Source: a virus
Lineage: Duplodnaviria; Heunggongvirae; Uroviricota; Caudoviricetes
Strand: one strand, 5' to 3'
IMG/VR virus record: IMGVR_UViG_3300032093_000003
DNA length: 64,000 bases
Shown here: positions 37,355-46,849 of the stretch, one piece after another
How positions within the stretch are numbered: position 1 is the first letter of the stretch
How the letters are laid out: each line of letters opens with the position of its first letter
The notes under the pieces: model-generated
Databases searched by the model: none
What the model saw: the letters and a program-made list of their open reading frames with translations, nothing else
Told to the model about the DNA's origin: nothing
Position numbers and translations under genes: made by a program

Positions 37355-38277
37355 GGAAACGATAAAGTTCTTTGAAAATATTGGGCGGTCTATAGTCCAT
37401 AAAATAAACCATGAAAGTGGTATAAAGTGGAATACCTTGGTTTTGGTATTCTGCGGCTTGGGTAACCGAGCTCGAGTAGACAAACGAGATATCGTCTGAC
37501 CTTTAGTACTGAGGGTAACACTGTAGGGAAAGTGGTTGGGCGATCAAGCGATGTGGGTCGTTTGGTTGAGGTGGGAACACCAATAAGAATAACTCGTAGA
37601 ATTATTGCAAGAAATGTTGTTATCCGACTTCATAATTGCGTTTTTCAATATTATGGTTGTCTTAAAACCGAAAGGTATGTTAGTGTACAGGTGGTGCTGT
37701 TATTAACCTTAACCTTAGCCTACCAAGGCATGAGTTATGAAGATGAGCAAAAATATGGAGGTGGGGACATCTCAGAGGGTAGTTTAGTATTTAGCCGTTC
37801 AAAAGATGGCTGAGCTGGTGACGAACCACTACCTTCACAATCCACAAACCAATAACTTGCATCCATTTAATTGCAAAATTAATAAATCAAGGAAAAGTGT
37901 TCGTCAGTTGTGGATGACAGGTCACTACATAGTCATGAGTTGTTCATGGCCATGAAGGGTCCCAAGCCCAACATGATTTTCACCAAAGTTCTCTAATCTC
38001 GCAAGGATTAATTGGGGTGGCAACCTCGAAGAGTGATGAGTAATGAGAGAGTGATTCACAACTTAAGGATTGGTTAATCTAATTGACCGTGACTGATTAT
38101 TACTACTCAAAAGGTAGTGGATAAGGGAAGAATCAATAATGTCCCAAAGATAATCACCCGAACGTGTAATCTCAGCGTTTTATTTTCCTGATTTTTATAA
38201 AATCATGGTGGTGGAGTAATAAAAAGATTTCATGCCGCAAGGCCCCAAAGGTTAGATTTTTCTAACCTTTTTTTGTT
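37355..38277 (+). ncRNA. candidate large structured ncRNA (~920 nt; GOLLD/ROOL-like class or novel)
   Basis: Promoter-to-terminator unit without credible ORF (only a 93-aa low-complexity ORF), GC well above flanking coding DNA, directly adjacent to tRNA array, ends in a strong intrinsic terminator. Confidence 0.4.
38247..38277 (+). terminator. intrinsic terminator ending the long ncRNA unit
   Basis: AAAGGTTAGATTTTTCTAACCTTTTTTTG. Confidence 0.55.
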
Positions 38278-38306
38278 TTTATATTTTTTTTATTTATATT
38301 ATACCT

Positions 38307-39059
38307 ATGAGATTAATTTGTATATCAGACACACATTCTTTACATGAAAGAATGACACATAAAGTTGAAAAATATATCGATCCTGATCAAGACAATATAC
38401 TCATCCATGCGGGGGATTGTACTAATATGGGTAGAGAACCTGAAATTATTGAATTTGTTTATTGGTATCAAAATTTAAAAGGATTTGATACCAAGATCTT
38501 TATTGCGGGTAATCATGATTTTGGTTTTGAACATTATAATGGTCTTCGTCATAGTAATGAGGCACCTTGGTTACATCATATAATAAATGAGGAGAATTTA
38601 TCTCAATCAGATGTCGTTTATCTTCATGATTCTGAATTTGTAATTGAACATCCGAAATTTTCAAGACCAATTAAATTTTATGGAAGTCCTTGGCAACCTG
38701 AATTTTATAATTGGGCATTTAATCTTCCAAGAAATGGTTGGGAGTTAGAACTTAAATGGAAAGAAATACCAGATGATACTGATATATTGATCACACACGG
38801 ACCTCCACATGGTTGTAGAGATTTTACACCACAAAATTTACAAGTTGGTTGTGAATTGTTGAGATATAGATTAGATACATTAAAACCACTTGTCCATGTG
38901 TTTGGACATATTCATCATGCATATGGTGGTGCATATATTGATGATGTTTTATACATTAACGCATCAACATGTACAGAAAGATATGTCCCACGTAATAGAC
39001 CTATTGTTGTTGATTTAAAAGAAGAAGATGGTAAAATAGTTACTACCTATATTGATTAA
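38307..39059 (+). CDS. calcineurin-like metallophosphoesterase
   Basis: Motifs GDCTNMG, AGNHDF, HGPP, GHIHHAYGG matching MPP superfamily signatures. Confidence 0.7.
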   Translation: MRLICISDTHSLHERMTHKVEKYIDPDQDNILIHAGDCTNMGREPEIIEFVYWYQNLKGFDTKIFIAGNHDFGFEHYNGLRHSNEAPWLHHIINEENLSQSDVVYLHDSEFVIEHPKFSRPIKFYGSPWQPEFYNWAFNLPRNGWELELKWKEIPDDTDILITHGPPHGCRDFTPQNLQVGCELLRYRLDTLKPLVHVFGHIHHAYGGAYIDDVLYINASTCTERYVPRNRPIVVDLKEEDGKIVTTYID

Positions 39060-39100
39060 GTTTTTCATTTTTATATGATATTTATATATAAACAATATCT

Positions 39101-39301
39101 ATGAAAAATATAATTGATTTTTTAAAAAACCTATTAACAAAAAAATCTGAAGAAGTTATTTCAGAAATAAAACAAAAGGTTGTATCTGAAATAAAGGGTG
39201 AACCTGAGAAAGTAGAAGAACCTGTTAAGGTTGAGGAACCAAAAGAAGAAATCGTCGAAGAAAAACCCAAAAAAAGAGGTAGAAAGAAAAAGGTAGATTA
39301 A
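39101..39301 (+). CDS. hypothetical K/E-rich small protein
   Basis: 66-aa ORF with KVEEP repeats. Confidence 0.25.
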   Translation: MKNIIDFLKNLLTKKSEEVISEIKQKVVSEIKGEPEKVEEPVKVEEPKEEIVEEKPKKRGRKKKVD

Positions 39302-39355
39302 TAAAAAAAATAAAAGATAAATTGGGTTAAATTTTTATTTAACCCTTTTTTTGTC

Positions 39356-39363
39356 TATATTTG
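39356..39363 (+). promoter_or_regulatory. -7 box TAtaTTTG upstream of tmRNA
   Basis: TAnnTTTG, followed by AAGTTCTTTAAAA box 12 nt before tmRNA 5' end. Confidence 0.45.
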
Positions 39364-39382
39364 TGAAAGTTCTTTAAAATAT

Positions 39383-39775
39383 GGGGGTGTCCAGGTATTG
39401 ATTGGCGTTTATATGGTAAATGGGCACGTAGTCAGATGTCATCTATGACTTAAATCTACGGTGGTAAAAATCAAACGGCAACGTTTACAACAACATGGAA
39501 ATTGCAGGTATCCTTGCAACTTCTAAAGTAGCTGCTTAATAAGTACCTACTGTCGGGTCGGTTAGGACATATAACCCAGGAACAGAAGTCCGTTATACGG
39601 GTCACAGGTCAGAGCTCGTTTAAAATAATTCTGAGACCAAGTTGTTTGTAGGTAGGTTTCTCACATATATCAAACCTAATATTTTGGAACATTGAGAACC
39701 AATGTTATACTAAACGTGTAGTCCATCTATTGTATGGCGAACAAGACAAGGGTTCGATTCCCTTCACCTCCACCA
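39383..39775 (+). ncRNA. ssrA: tmRNA (ssrA), phage-encoded
   Basis: 5' GGGGGTG pairs with 3' CACCTCC-A-CCA (G3:U70), T-arm AAGGG-TTCGATT-CCCTT, ~390 nt ORF-less, internal tag frame ...GILATSKVAA followed by TAA at 39537-39539, flanked by promoter and terminator. Confidence 0.7.
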
Positions 39776-39781
39776 AAAATT

Positions 39782-39810
39782 AAACCCATCGAATTCGATG
39801 GGTTTTTTAT
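39782..39810 (+). terminator. intrinsic terminator after tmRNA
   Basis: AAACCCATCGAATTCGATGGGTTTTTTAT. Confidence 0.55.
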
Positions 39811-39948
39811 TTATAATAACTGAGGTTTATAAACGAACAAAGAGGTCTTTAGGACCCCTTTGTCGAGATTTGGAATACCCCCTTTCGTTTTTTTCGAGTT
39901 ATCATCTAATGGCGACCAAACCATTAAACTCTAATATAAATATCTAAT

Positions 39949-40899
39949 TTAATAGTTTTGTGCTATTGTTTTCAAAAAATTTAATCCAAATTGACTATTC
40001 ATATCCATTAAACCACCACCCTGTTGTTGTAGATTCTCTTGTCCATTAATCCCTAATCTATCAATTTGGACCAAATCTTCTTGACTTGTTGATTGATTAA
40101 CAACTTGTGAAAATCTTGGATCGTTTGCCAATTTTTCTCTAAATTGTTCATCTTCATTGAATTTCTTTTCAAACGCATCAAAACTCGGTAATCCAAACAT
40201 GGCTAAAACACCATTAGCGATTATAAATTGTTTTACCATATTTCTTCTACCACGTCTTGCAGGCATAACTACGTTCCACCAATTAGATAACCAAGTACTT
40301 GGTGCTTTTCCTGTTTTTGCAATATATTCTGCCAATTTTTCTCCTTGAAAGAAATTTTTAAAACCTGTACTAAATTTTCCACCAGCAGAGATCGTAGATC
40401 CAATCTGTTTACCTAATCCAACAGGTCTTTGTAATATTTTACCAATCGCGGTTGTGTGTTCCGCCATTGCATGTCTTAATCCACCAGCGGCTTTGGTACC
40501 AATAATTGGTACTTTTTCTAAACTTCTAATTGTGTTGGTAACAGGTGCGGAATTTATGTATTTACCTAACTCAACATATTTTTTTGCGAACGTTGGATTT
40601 TTAGCCGCAAAGGCAACTAAGTTATCTGTATTTTTCAACGCACCTCTCGCAATAGGACTTTTAAGTAGTCTAATTATTGGTTTAGCGAAAAAATCACCCA
40701 CTGTCGGTATTAGTGCAATTAACATTAAACCAGCGTAAAGATATTCCTTTTTGTATATGTAACGAATAATCAATATAATGTCAGCAACCTCACCTATCAC
40801 AGGTATAAAACCTGCGATCATTAATGCATTTTCTAAACCATCTTCTTTTAGTAGTTGTTTAGATTCTAAGATTTCCTTTTTTGTATAAATTCTAGACAT
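39949..40899 (-). CDS. hypothetical membrane protein
   Basis: 316-aa ORF with N-terminal TM helices. Confidence 0.3.
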   Translation of the reverse strand: MSRIYTKKEILESKQLLKEDGLENALMIAGFIPVIGEVADIILIIRYIYKKEYLYAGLMLIALIPTVGDFFAKPIIRLLKSPIARGALKNTDNLVAFAAKNPTFAKKYVELGKYINSAPVTNTIRSLEKVPIIGTKAAGGLRHAMAEHTTAIGKILQRPVGLGKQIGSTISAGGKFSTGFKNFFQGEKLAEYIAKTGKAPSTWLSNWWNVVMPARRGRRNMVKQFIIANGVLAMFGLPSFDAFEKKFNEDEQFREKLANDPRFSQVVNQSTSQEDLVQIDRLGINGQENLQQQGGGLMDMNSQFGLNFLKTIAQNY

Positions 40900-40906
40900 T
40901 TCAATT

Positions 40907-41527
40907 TTATTTATGGATTAATTTACAAAAGGGTTGACTAATCGCCTCACCTAAACCAGTATTTCTTATCATTTCACCTGAAAGGTTACCTAATATTGAT
41001 CCAGGTATACCTGAAAATCCATCATTATTTCTATTTAGACCAAATAATGTAGACACACCTGCTCTAAGTGATACCTCAACAACAGCATCCATAATATGTG
41101 GAGCATGTTTTAAACAAGTGGGACTATCTTTAAAAATTCTAATAAAATCAATTGGACTTAAATCAGCAAATGCCTGAGATAAAGTTGTTGACCAACCAGG
41201 ACTAACACCCATGTATCTTAAAACCCAATTTATTGCCAATTCCTTTAAAAATGAAATACCACCTTCTTTTGCTAAATCACCAAAATCAAGTTTATCTAAA
41301 CCAAGAGATGTTGGTAATGAAAATTCTTTTAATAATTGATCATTTACTTCTTTTTCAGTATATCCTTCATTTATCAATTTAATAGATGTATTAAAACATT
41401 CTTTTAAATAAATGTTAGGATCATCAATATCTCTCAAATGTGAAAAAGATTCATTAAGATTAGATTTTCTTTTTTCATTTAATTTTTTACTAACTATACT
41501 CTTAGTATCTATTACTATTTTTTTCAT
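40907..41527 (-). CDS. hypothetical protein
   Basis: 206-aa ORF. Confidence 0.3.
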   Translation of the reverse strand: MKKIVIDTKSIVSKKLNEKRKSNLNESFSHLRDIDDPNIYLKECFNTSIKLINEGYTEKEVNDQLLKEFSLPTSLGLDKLDFGDLAKEGGISFLKELAINWVLRYMGVSPGWSTTLSQAFADLSPIDFIRIFKDSPTCLKHAPHIMDAVVEVSLRAGVSTLFGLNRNNDGFSGIPGSILGNLSGEMIRNTGLGEAISQPFCKLIHK

Positions 41528-41528
41528 T

Positions 41529-43562
41529 TTAGAATTCTGCGTTTGAGTTAATCCATTTATATTTCATATCACCATCCCCTTTATCGACTTGTTTTGTTTC
41601 TACATATCCCTTATCTTCTAAATATTTGTTTAATATGTAGTAATCATTACCCGATAATTGTTTTCCTCTCCATACTGCGGCCAATCCTTTTTTAGGCCAT
41701 CTTTTTCTTTTAATTAATTTATTACTAGCCAATAATTCCTGTAATCTGTTTTCATCATATACAGGTTTAATTGGTGTTGGAGGAGGAGGTGCAGGTGTTG
41801 GTGCAACTGTAGGTGCTGGTGTTGCAGTAGGTCCTGGTACTGGTGTGCCGGTTGGACTTGGGTTTTTACCACAAATCTCTTTTTTAACATAATCGTAAAC
41901 TTCTTTAGTTATAGGATTAATTGGCATCTTCACACCTCTTTTTTCAATGATTTCCTCTCTAAGTTTCGCCATCGTTTTAGGTCCAAAATAACCTTTTTGA
42001 CTTGGTAAATCTAAACATGCTTGTATTTCGGCTATTTTTTCATTTCTACATCCGAATTCAAACGGGAAATCTTTACATTCTTTATATGGTACCGGTTCTT
42101 TTGTTGGTCTAGGTTCTTTTGTTGGACCAGGTACAGGAGGTACAGGACCATCTGTTGGTTTTGGTTGACCATCCCAAGTAATTTCAACACCACCTAAATC
42201 ACCGGTATTGGTACCACCTCCACCGCCTTTACCACTTTCAATTTGGTTTATTAATGAATACATCTCTTGTTTGGCTCTAACAGATGATGCGTTTACTGTG
42301 TAGATATAATCTAATGATTTTTTTAGACTACCACCACCTAAACCTGATGCTTGGTATAGTTTCAAGAATTCTTTACCATTAGCACTTCCAGCATATTTTT
42401 TAAGTAATGCTAATGCACTTTGTAAATCACTACCTGAAACAGGGAAATCCAATAAATCAATCATTGTTTCAACATCATTATCTATTGATGAAGTTGCTGC
42501 CTCATTTATATCTTCATCTATAGTTTGGATGTTACCACCTTTACATTTCCAACTACCCATGGCCCCCGTCTCTGTATTCATTACTCTACCATTTGTGAAA
42601 AATTGTACTCCTTTAGGATATTCACTTGATTTAACAATAACCCAAACTTGGCCAGTTGAACTTGTCTCTACTTTACCTTGTTGTTTATTTATTAAATCTT
42701 GAATACATGGTGCCCATTGTCCATCATTTGGTGGTGGTGTTGGTGGGAAATCTTCTGGAACAGTTTCTCCACTATCTGCCATCATCCACCATAAGGCCGC
42801 TGCAGTTAAACCACCGGCTAGACCCCATTTTAATATATCTTTCCAACTCTTTCCTTGTTTTATCCAAATAATTATTTTAATATACCAAGGTCTTGGAATT
42901 GGTGGTGGCGGTACCGGTGGTGGTTTTGGTAAAGTTATCTCTCCACCGCCAGTTTTTTTAATTCTTCTATTTATGGCTTTATCAACTGCTTTAGTTGATA
43001 CCCCGCCTCCCGATTTCATTTCTCTCGCACCTTTTTGAAGTAATGCCTCCGCTTCTTTAGCGGACATTCCATATGTTTTTTGTAATGTTTCAGATGCCAA
43101 TTTAAAGTTTTCAGGATTTGCTGGCATTGCACCTCCTTTAGGATAAACCTTTTTTAGAATTTCTTTAAATGTTGGTGATTCACCAATAAGACCTTTTAAT
43201 TTTAGTGCAATTTCAGGAACTTTATTTGCTTGTTTAATTACAAGAAATTTCTCAGCAGTACTGAGAGCCCCTGCTTCACCCGGTGCCTTTTTCATTGCGA
43301 TTAATAACTCGTCAGCGGTTTTAAATCTAGAAAGTGCGGGTATTTCATTTTTTAATGTGGAAAATAAACCTTTTTCTGATTTTAAAATACTACCGATTGC
43401 TTCAATACCTTGTTGAGCAACTTTTGTTACTTGTTCTTCAATATTTTCAGGATTTTCTTCTTCTGATACCTCGATATTGGGATCTTCATTTTCTAATTTA
43501 TCATTAACTGATTCAACTAATGATATCATTTTTCTAATTAATAATGCGTCTCTATTTTCCAT
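41529..43562 (-). CDS. large hypothetical protein with TM segment, P/T-rich linkers and a peptidoglycan-binding-like motif (possible virion ejection/tail protein)
   Basis: 677 aa; KGYFGPKTMAKLREEI resembles PG_binding_1 core; PTGTPVPGPTATPAPT linker. Confidence 0.3.
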   Translation of the reverse strand: MENRDALLIRKMISLVESVNDKLENEDPNIEVSEEENPENIEEQVTKVAQQGIEAIGSILKSEKGLFSTLKNEIPALSRFKTADELLIAMKKAPGEAGALSTAEKFLVIKQANKVPEIALKLKGLIGESPTFKEILKKVYPKGGAMPANPENFKLASETLQKTYGMSAKEAEALLQKGAREMKSGGGVSTKAVDKAINRRIKKTGGGEITLPKPPPVPPPPIPRPWYIKIIIWIKQGKSWKDILKWGLAGGLTAAALWWMMADSGETVPEDFPPTPPPNDGQWAPCIQDLINKQQGKVETSSTGQVWVIVKSSEYPKGVQFFTNGRVMNTETGAMGSWKCKGGNIQTIDEDINEAATSSIDNDVETMIDLLDFPVSGSDLQSALALLKKYAGSANGKEFLKLYQASGLGGGSLKKSLDYIYTVNASSVRAKQEMYSLINQIESGKGGGGGTNTGDLGGVEITWDGQPKPTDGPVPPVPGPTKEPRPTKEPVPYKECKDFPFEFGCRNEKIAEIQACLDLPSQKGYFGPKTMAKLREEIIEKRGVKMPINPITKEVYDYVKKEICGKNPSPTGTPVPGPTATPAPTVAPTPAPPPPTPIKPVYDENRLQELLASNKLIKRKRWPKKGLAAVWRGKQLSGNDYYILNKYLEDKGYVETKQVDKGDGDMKYKWINSNAEF

Positions 43563-43579
43563 TTTTTTATTTTTTATTT

Positions 43580-44863
43580 TTATTGCATTTTATTTAATAA
43601 ATTTGCCATATCATCCTCCACACCTTGTTTTATTTGTTCATCGGGTATTGCACTTGCGATTTTTGTTAAGTCTTCCTGTGATGCTACCGATCCATCTTCT
43701 CCTTTATTTTTACCGGCAAAATATTGTGCTCCCTTTTCCATACCCTTCATCGCCACAGCGGTACCCCCACCCCATGTTAAACCTTTTCTTACTGCCGTTG
43801 CGGTACTAACAGGACCTTTACCCTTTAGTGCGGCGTTTATTGGTTTTGTAAAATCTTTTTGAATGAATTTTTTACCAAGTGAGGTTAAAGTCTCGGCACC
43901 TTGAACTCCCGCCTTTTGTGCTGCAGGTGCAAAAACATTTTTCATATTTTCTAAAACTTTACCAACACCTGATTTAAATGAAGAAATCATACCTGCTGCT
44001 TTTGGTCCGAAAGCCTTAGCGATCCATTCTAATGGTTTTATTAATATATTCATTATACCACCAAGACCTTTACTTAAAACAGTAATGATTGGTTGTAAAA
44101 TTTTTCCACCAACTTTCATAACACTACCACCCGCAGCTTTAAAGGCCGCTTTAAGACCTTTGGCAGCACCAGAAAAAAGAACACCCGCTAAACATACTGC
44201 GAGATCAATATAAGTCCATACACTTTTTGAATCAGTTTTACCACTTAATAATTGATAAACTTTCCAAACAAATAGAATACCCCAAACTATACCTGTGGCT
44301 AATTTACCAATACCTAATGCGGTTAATGCCACGTCCAAACCGATACCAACAGGACTCATCATGAAATGTTCTATTTTTTCCATTATCCATGGTAATCCTT
44401 TATTTAACACCCATGCACCCGCATCTTTTATACCTTGCCAAGCTTTTCCCGCAACTTCTTTTGTTTTATCCCAAAGATCACCAAAAAAACCCTCAGCAAG
44501 TGTTGGATATTTTTGAGATATTTTATTTTTTACAAATTCCCAAGAATCAGTTATAACTTGTTCAGTTGATAATGAATTGATTGATTCTATGATTAAATTT
44601 CTACCAAATTTTATTTCATATTCCATTATTATATTCATATCCGATTCCATCAAACGATATAATAATTTTCTTATATTACTAAATAACTGTGTAGATTCCA
44701 TTATTGAATGTCTATAAATGAATATACTTTGATTTTTAAACATTTCACAAATAAAAAATGGATTTGGGTTATTAATATCAGTATATAACCCTGTTTCTAC
44801 ATCAATAATTCGATTTAAACCCGAAACATACCTACCATCTCTTGTGAATAATAAATCTTCCAT
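43580..44863 (-). CDS. hypothetical membrane protein (A/G/K-rich with TM helices)
   Basis: 427-aa ORF. Confidence 0.3.
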   Translation of the reverse strand: MEDLLFTRDGRYVSGLNRIIDVETGLYTDINNPNPFFICEMFKNQSIFIYRHSIMESTQLFSNIRKLLYRLMESDMNIIMEYEIKFGRNLIIESINSLSTEQVITDSWEFVKNKISQKYPTLAEGFFGDLWDKTKEVAGKAWQGIKDAGAWVLNKGLPWIMEKIEHFMMSPVGIGLDVALTALGIGKLATGIVWGILFVWKVYQLLSGKTDSKSVWTYIDLAVCLAGVLFSGAAKGLKAAFKAAGGSVMKVGGKILQPIITVLSKGLGGIMNILIKPLEWIAKAFGPKAAGMISSFKSGVGKVLENMKNVFAPAAQKAGVQGAETLTSLGKKFIQKDFTKPINAALKGKGPVSTATAVRKGLTWGGGTAVAMKGMEKGAQYFAGKNKGEDGSVASQEDLTKIASAIPDEQIKQGVEDDMANLLNKMQ

Positions 44864-44883
44864 GTTATATAAATATATTGATT

Positions 44884-45141
44884 TTACTTAAGTGGATTTC
44901 CTTTACCTCTTTTTAATATAGATCCAACAACATCACTCCATTTAGTTACACCAACTTGATTTGATGGTCCTCTAGTTACACCACTTTCCCATTTACCAAC
45001 TTGTGGATATCCCGAACCCCCACCACTTGATGATGTACCCGCACTAGGTGCTGCTGCCGCATCTTGTTCACTTATCTCTTCTTCCTCCAAATCTTTAGAG
45101 AGAATTAGTTTAAGTTGTTTTTCATTTATTAAAACTTTCAT
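44884..45141 (-). CDS. hypothetical protein
   Basis: 85-aa ORF. Confidence 0.25.
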   Translation of the reverse strand: MKVLINEKQLKLILSKDLEEEEISEQDAAAAPSAGTSSSGGGSGYPQVGKWESGVTRGPSNQVGVTKWSDVVGSILKRGKGNPLK

Positions 45142-45191
45142 CTACTATAAATACTTAAATTTTCTTGTTTTTTATACCATAAACTAAAAAA

Positions 45192-45575
45192 TTATTCATC
45201 ATATATTGTCTCATCAATTTTTGAAAACATTTTAACAAACTGTCCCGCTTTTGCATTAGCTTCATCTTCAATCTCACCACCAATATCTGGCGGCTTAACT
45301 TTTAAACGACCTTGTTCGTATTGTTTATGATGGACAAGTTCATGTGCTAAACTTCTCATTACATCAACAAGTGCCCTATTTTTAGCATTAACTTTAATTA
45401 TTTTATTTTTTTTAGTGTAGTCATAGCTAGCAGTAGTCTTTAATTCTTTTCTACCATTTTGAATAGAAATAGTTGGCACTGTTTTTAAATCCAATTCCTT
45501 TTTAACGAATTTTACAAATTCTTGTAATTTCTTCTTTTTTTCGTCAGATAAAAATTCCATAAATATAAATATCAC
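45192..45575 (-). CDS. small zinc metallopeptidase-like protein (HExxH)
   Basis: SLAHELVHHKQYEQG motif. Confidence 0.4.
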   Translation of the reverse strand: MIFIFMEFLSDEKKKKLQEFVKFVKKELDLKTVPTISIQNGRKELKTTASYDYTKKNKIIKVNAKNRALVDVMRSLAHELVHHKQYEQGRLKVKPPDIGGEIEDEANAKAGQFVKMFSKIDETIYDE

Positions 45576-45811
45576 AAACTTACCCGTTCGGGTAAATCGT
45601 TTTCTTTTAAATATTCAGATAATAATTCAATTACAAATTCTTCATCAATATCTAATATATCGTGTTCAGATATTATCGTTGGACTATAATATTCTATGGA
45701 ATCAAATTCAATGTCTAATACTCTATAAAAATTATCACCGTCTTCTTCGGTTGAGAATTCAACATGTAGAGTACTTTTTTCTTCTGTGTAGTAATACTCG
45801 TGTATAACCAT
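45572..45811 (-). CDS. hypothetical acidic protein
   Basis: 79-aa ORF. Confidence 0.25.
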   Translation of the reverse strand: MVIHEYYYTEEKSTLHVEFSTEEDGDNFYRVLDIEFDSIEYYSPTIISEHDILDIDEEFVIELLSEYLKENDLPERVSL

Positions 45812-45908
45812 TCTAAATATGTGGATTACGTAAACTTAATTAAAAAATAATTATGTTGATTTTTATCAAAAACCATAAATAATTGAATTATTCTAAATAA
45901 TTACTAGT

Positions 45909-46238
45909 ATGATGGATTGGTATATTATAGAATATTTGTATCCTGAATCATTTAAAAGATTCATTGACGTAACATTCCCAAATATTGGTATTGTAAGTAC
46001 TAATTCTTTATCGTTTTATAAAACAAAAAATTTATACAATTTTTTTGACAAAGAAGGTTTATATTTTAATGTCGAACAATGTTGTCCAAAAAGATGGATT
46101 TATACAATATCAATAAAAAATATAATAGTGCTCGGACCAATTAATTTAAAAGAAAATACCAAAGAGGATATCGAAATAGAGGGATTTACGGAGTGTTTTA
46201 AAATACTAGATAAAATTCTAATAACCCATCAATTATAA
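45909..46238 (+). CDS. hypothetical protein
   Basis: 109-aa ORF. Confidence 0.25.
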   Translation: MMDWYIIEYLYPESFKRFIDVTFPNIGIVSTNSLSFYKTKNLYNFFDKEGLYFNVEQCCPKRWIYTISIKNIIVLGPINLKENTKEDIEIEGFTECFKILDKILITHQL

Positions 46239-46251
46239 ATGTATTTATAAT

Positions 46252-46545
46252 ATGGAAATATCTATAAAATTTCTATTACAGTCTGTAAAAGTTATAACAG
46301 AAAAAAAATATCATTTAGAGGATCTATATCTTATATATGACTTTTTAATTTCTGTTAAAAAAGATGAATTAATTAAATACCTAAAATCTAATACAGTTTT
46401 GTCCTATAAGAACGATTTAGAATTATATAAGGACACAATCATTCATTTAATGAAAATTTTTGAGGATTTAGAAAACTATGAGGAATGTTTTGTATTAAAA
46501 CAAAAGTATGATGAATGTGAATTTTTAATAAATGAAAAAACCTAA
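46252..46545 (+). CDS. hypothetical protein
   Basis: 97-aa ORF. Confidence 0.25.
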   Translation: MEISIKFLLQSVKVITEKKYHLEDLYLIYDFLISVKKDELIKYLKSNTVLSYKNDLELYKDTIIHLMKIFEDLENYEECFVLKQKYDECEFLINEKT

Positions 46546-46571
46546 TCAATAACGATTAGGTTTTGTATAAA

Positions 46572-46799
46572 TTATTTACTTACACGTTTTCGCAATAAAA
46601 AATAAAAAATAAAAAATAGACCCGATATAAAATACATAATAATATTGGCTCTCCAAATGTTTCCGGTTATAGACATTAACGTATATTGTACAACATCGAA
46701 CCCAAATGGGAGAAAGAACATCGCTAACATTAGAGACGTATCTTTGTATAACACCAATCTTTTTTCCTTGTTTTTTATTGTTTTTAGTCGATTCACCAT
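46572..46799 (-). CDS. small membrane protein (possibly glycan-pathway associated)
   Basis: 75 aa, two TM helices, immediately downstream of glf. Confidence 0.25.
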   Translation of the reverse strand: MVNRLKTIKNKEKRLVLYKDTSLMLAMFFLPFGFDVVQYTLMSITGNIWRANIIMYFISGLFFIFYFLLRKRVSK

Positions 46800-46849
46800 C
46801 GGTATCCATGTATGAATAATTTATCTAATTATGTCTTAATGACTTTTAA

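Larger units (their letters stand above)
37064..37360 (+). repeat. three tandem copies of a ~60-bp promoter/leader repeat (AAAAAGTTTTAAAAAGATTTTGT ... TAnnTTTGTAAAA ... GTTCTTT)
   Basis: Copies at ~37064-37130, ~37205-37262, ~37295-37360, each carrying a TAnnTTTG box. Confidence 0.5.

Noticed and set aside
37064-37360. Three ~60-bp direct repeats with ~70-bp unique sequences between them, superficially CRISPR-like
   Set aside because: The repeats are AT-rich promoter/leader modules (TAnnTTTG boxes). One 'spacer' is a tRNA gene, no cas genes are present, and repeat length and spacing are irregular.
37532-37813. 93-aa ORF inside the long noncoding unit
   Set aside because: Low-complexity, Arg/Val/Gly-rich translation with no start-site context. 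Its GC and structure point to an RNA rather than a protein.
37355-38277. RNase P RNA or group II intron as identity of the long ncRNA
   Set aside because: I could not find the universally conserved RNase P P4/CR-I/CR-V sequences (GGAAAGTCCGG, ACAGAAACCGGCTTA) or a group II domain V (GAGCCGTATG...) signature. The element is left as an unassigned large ncRNA.
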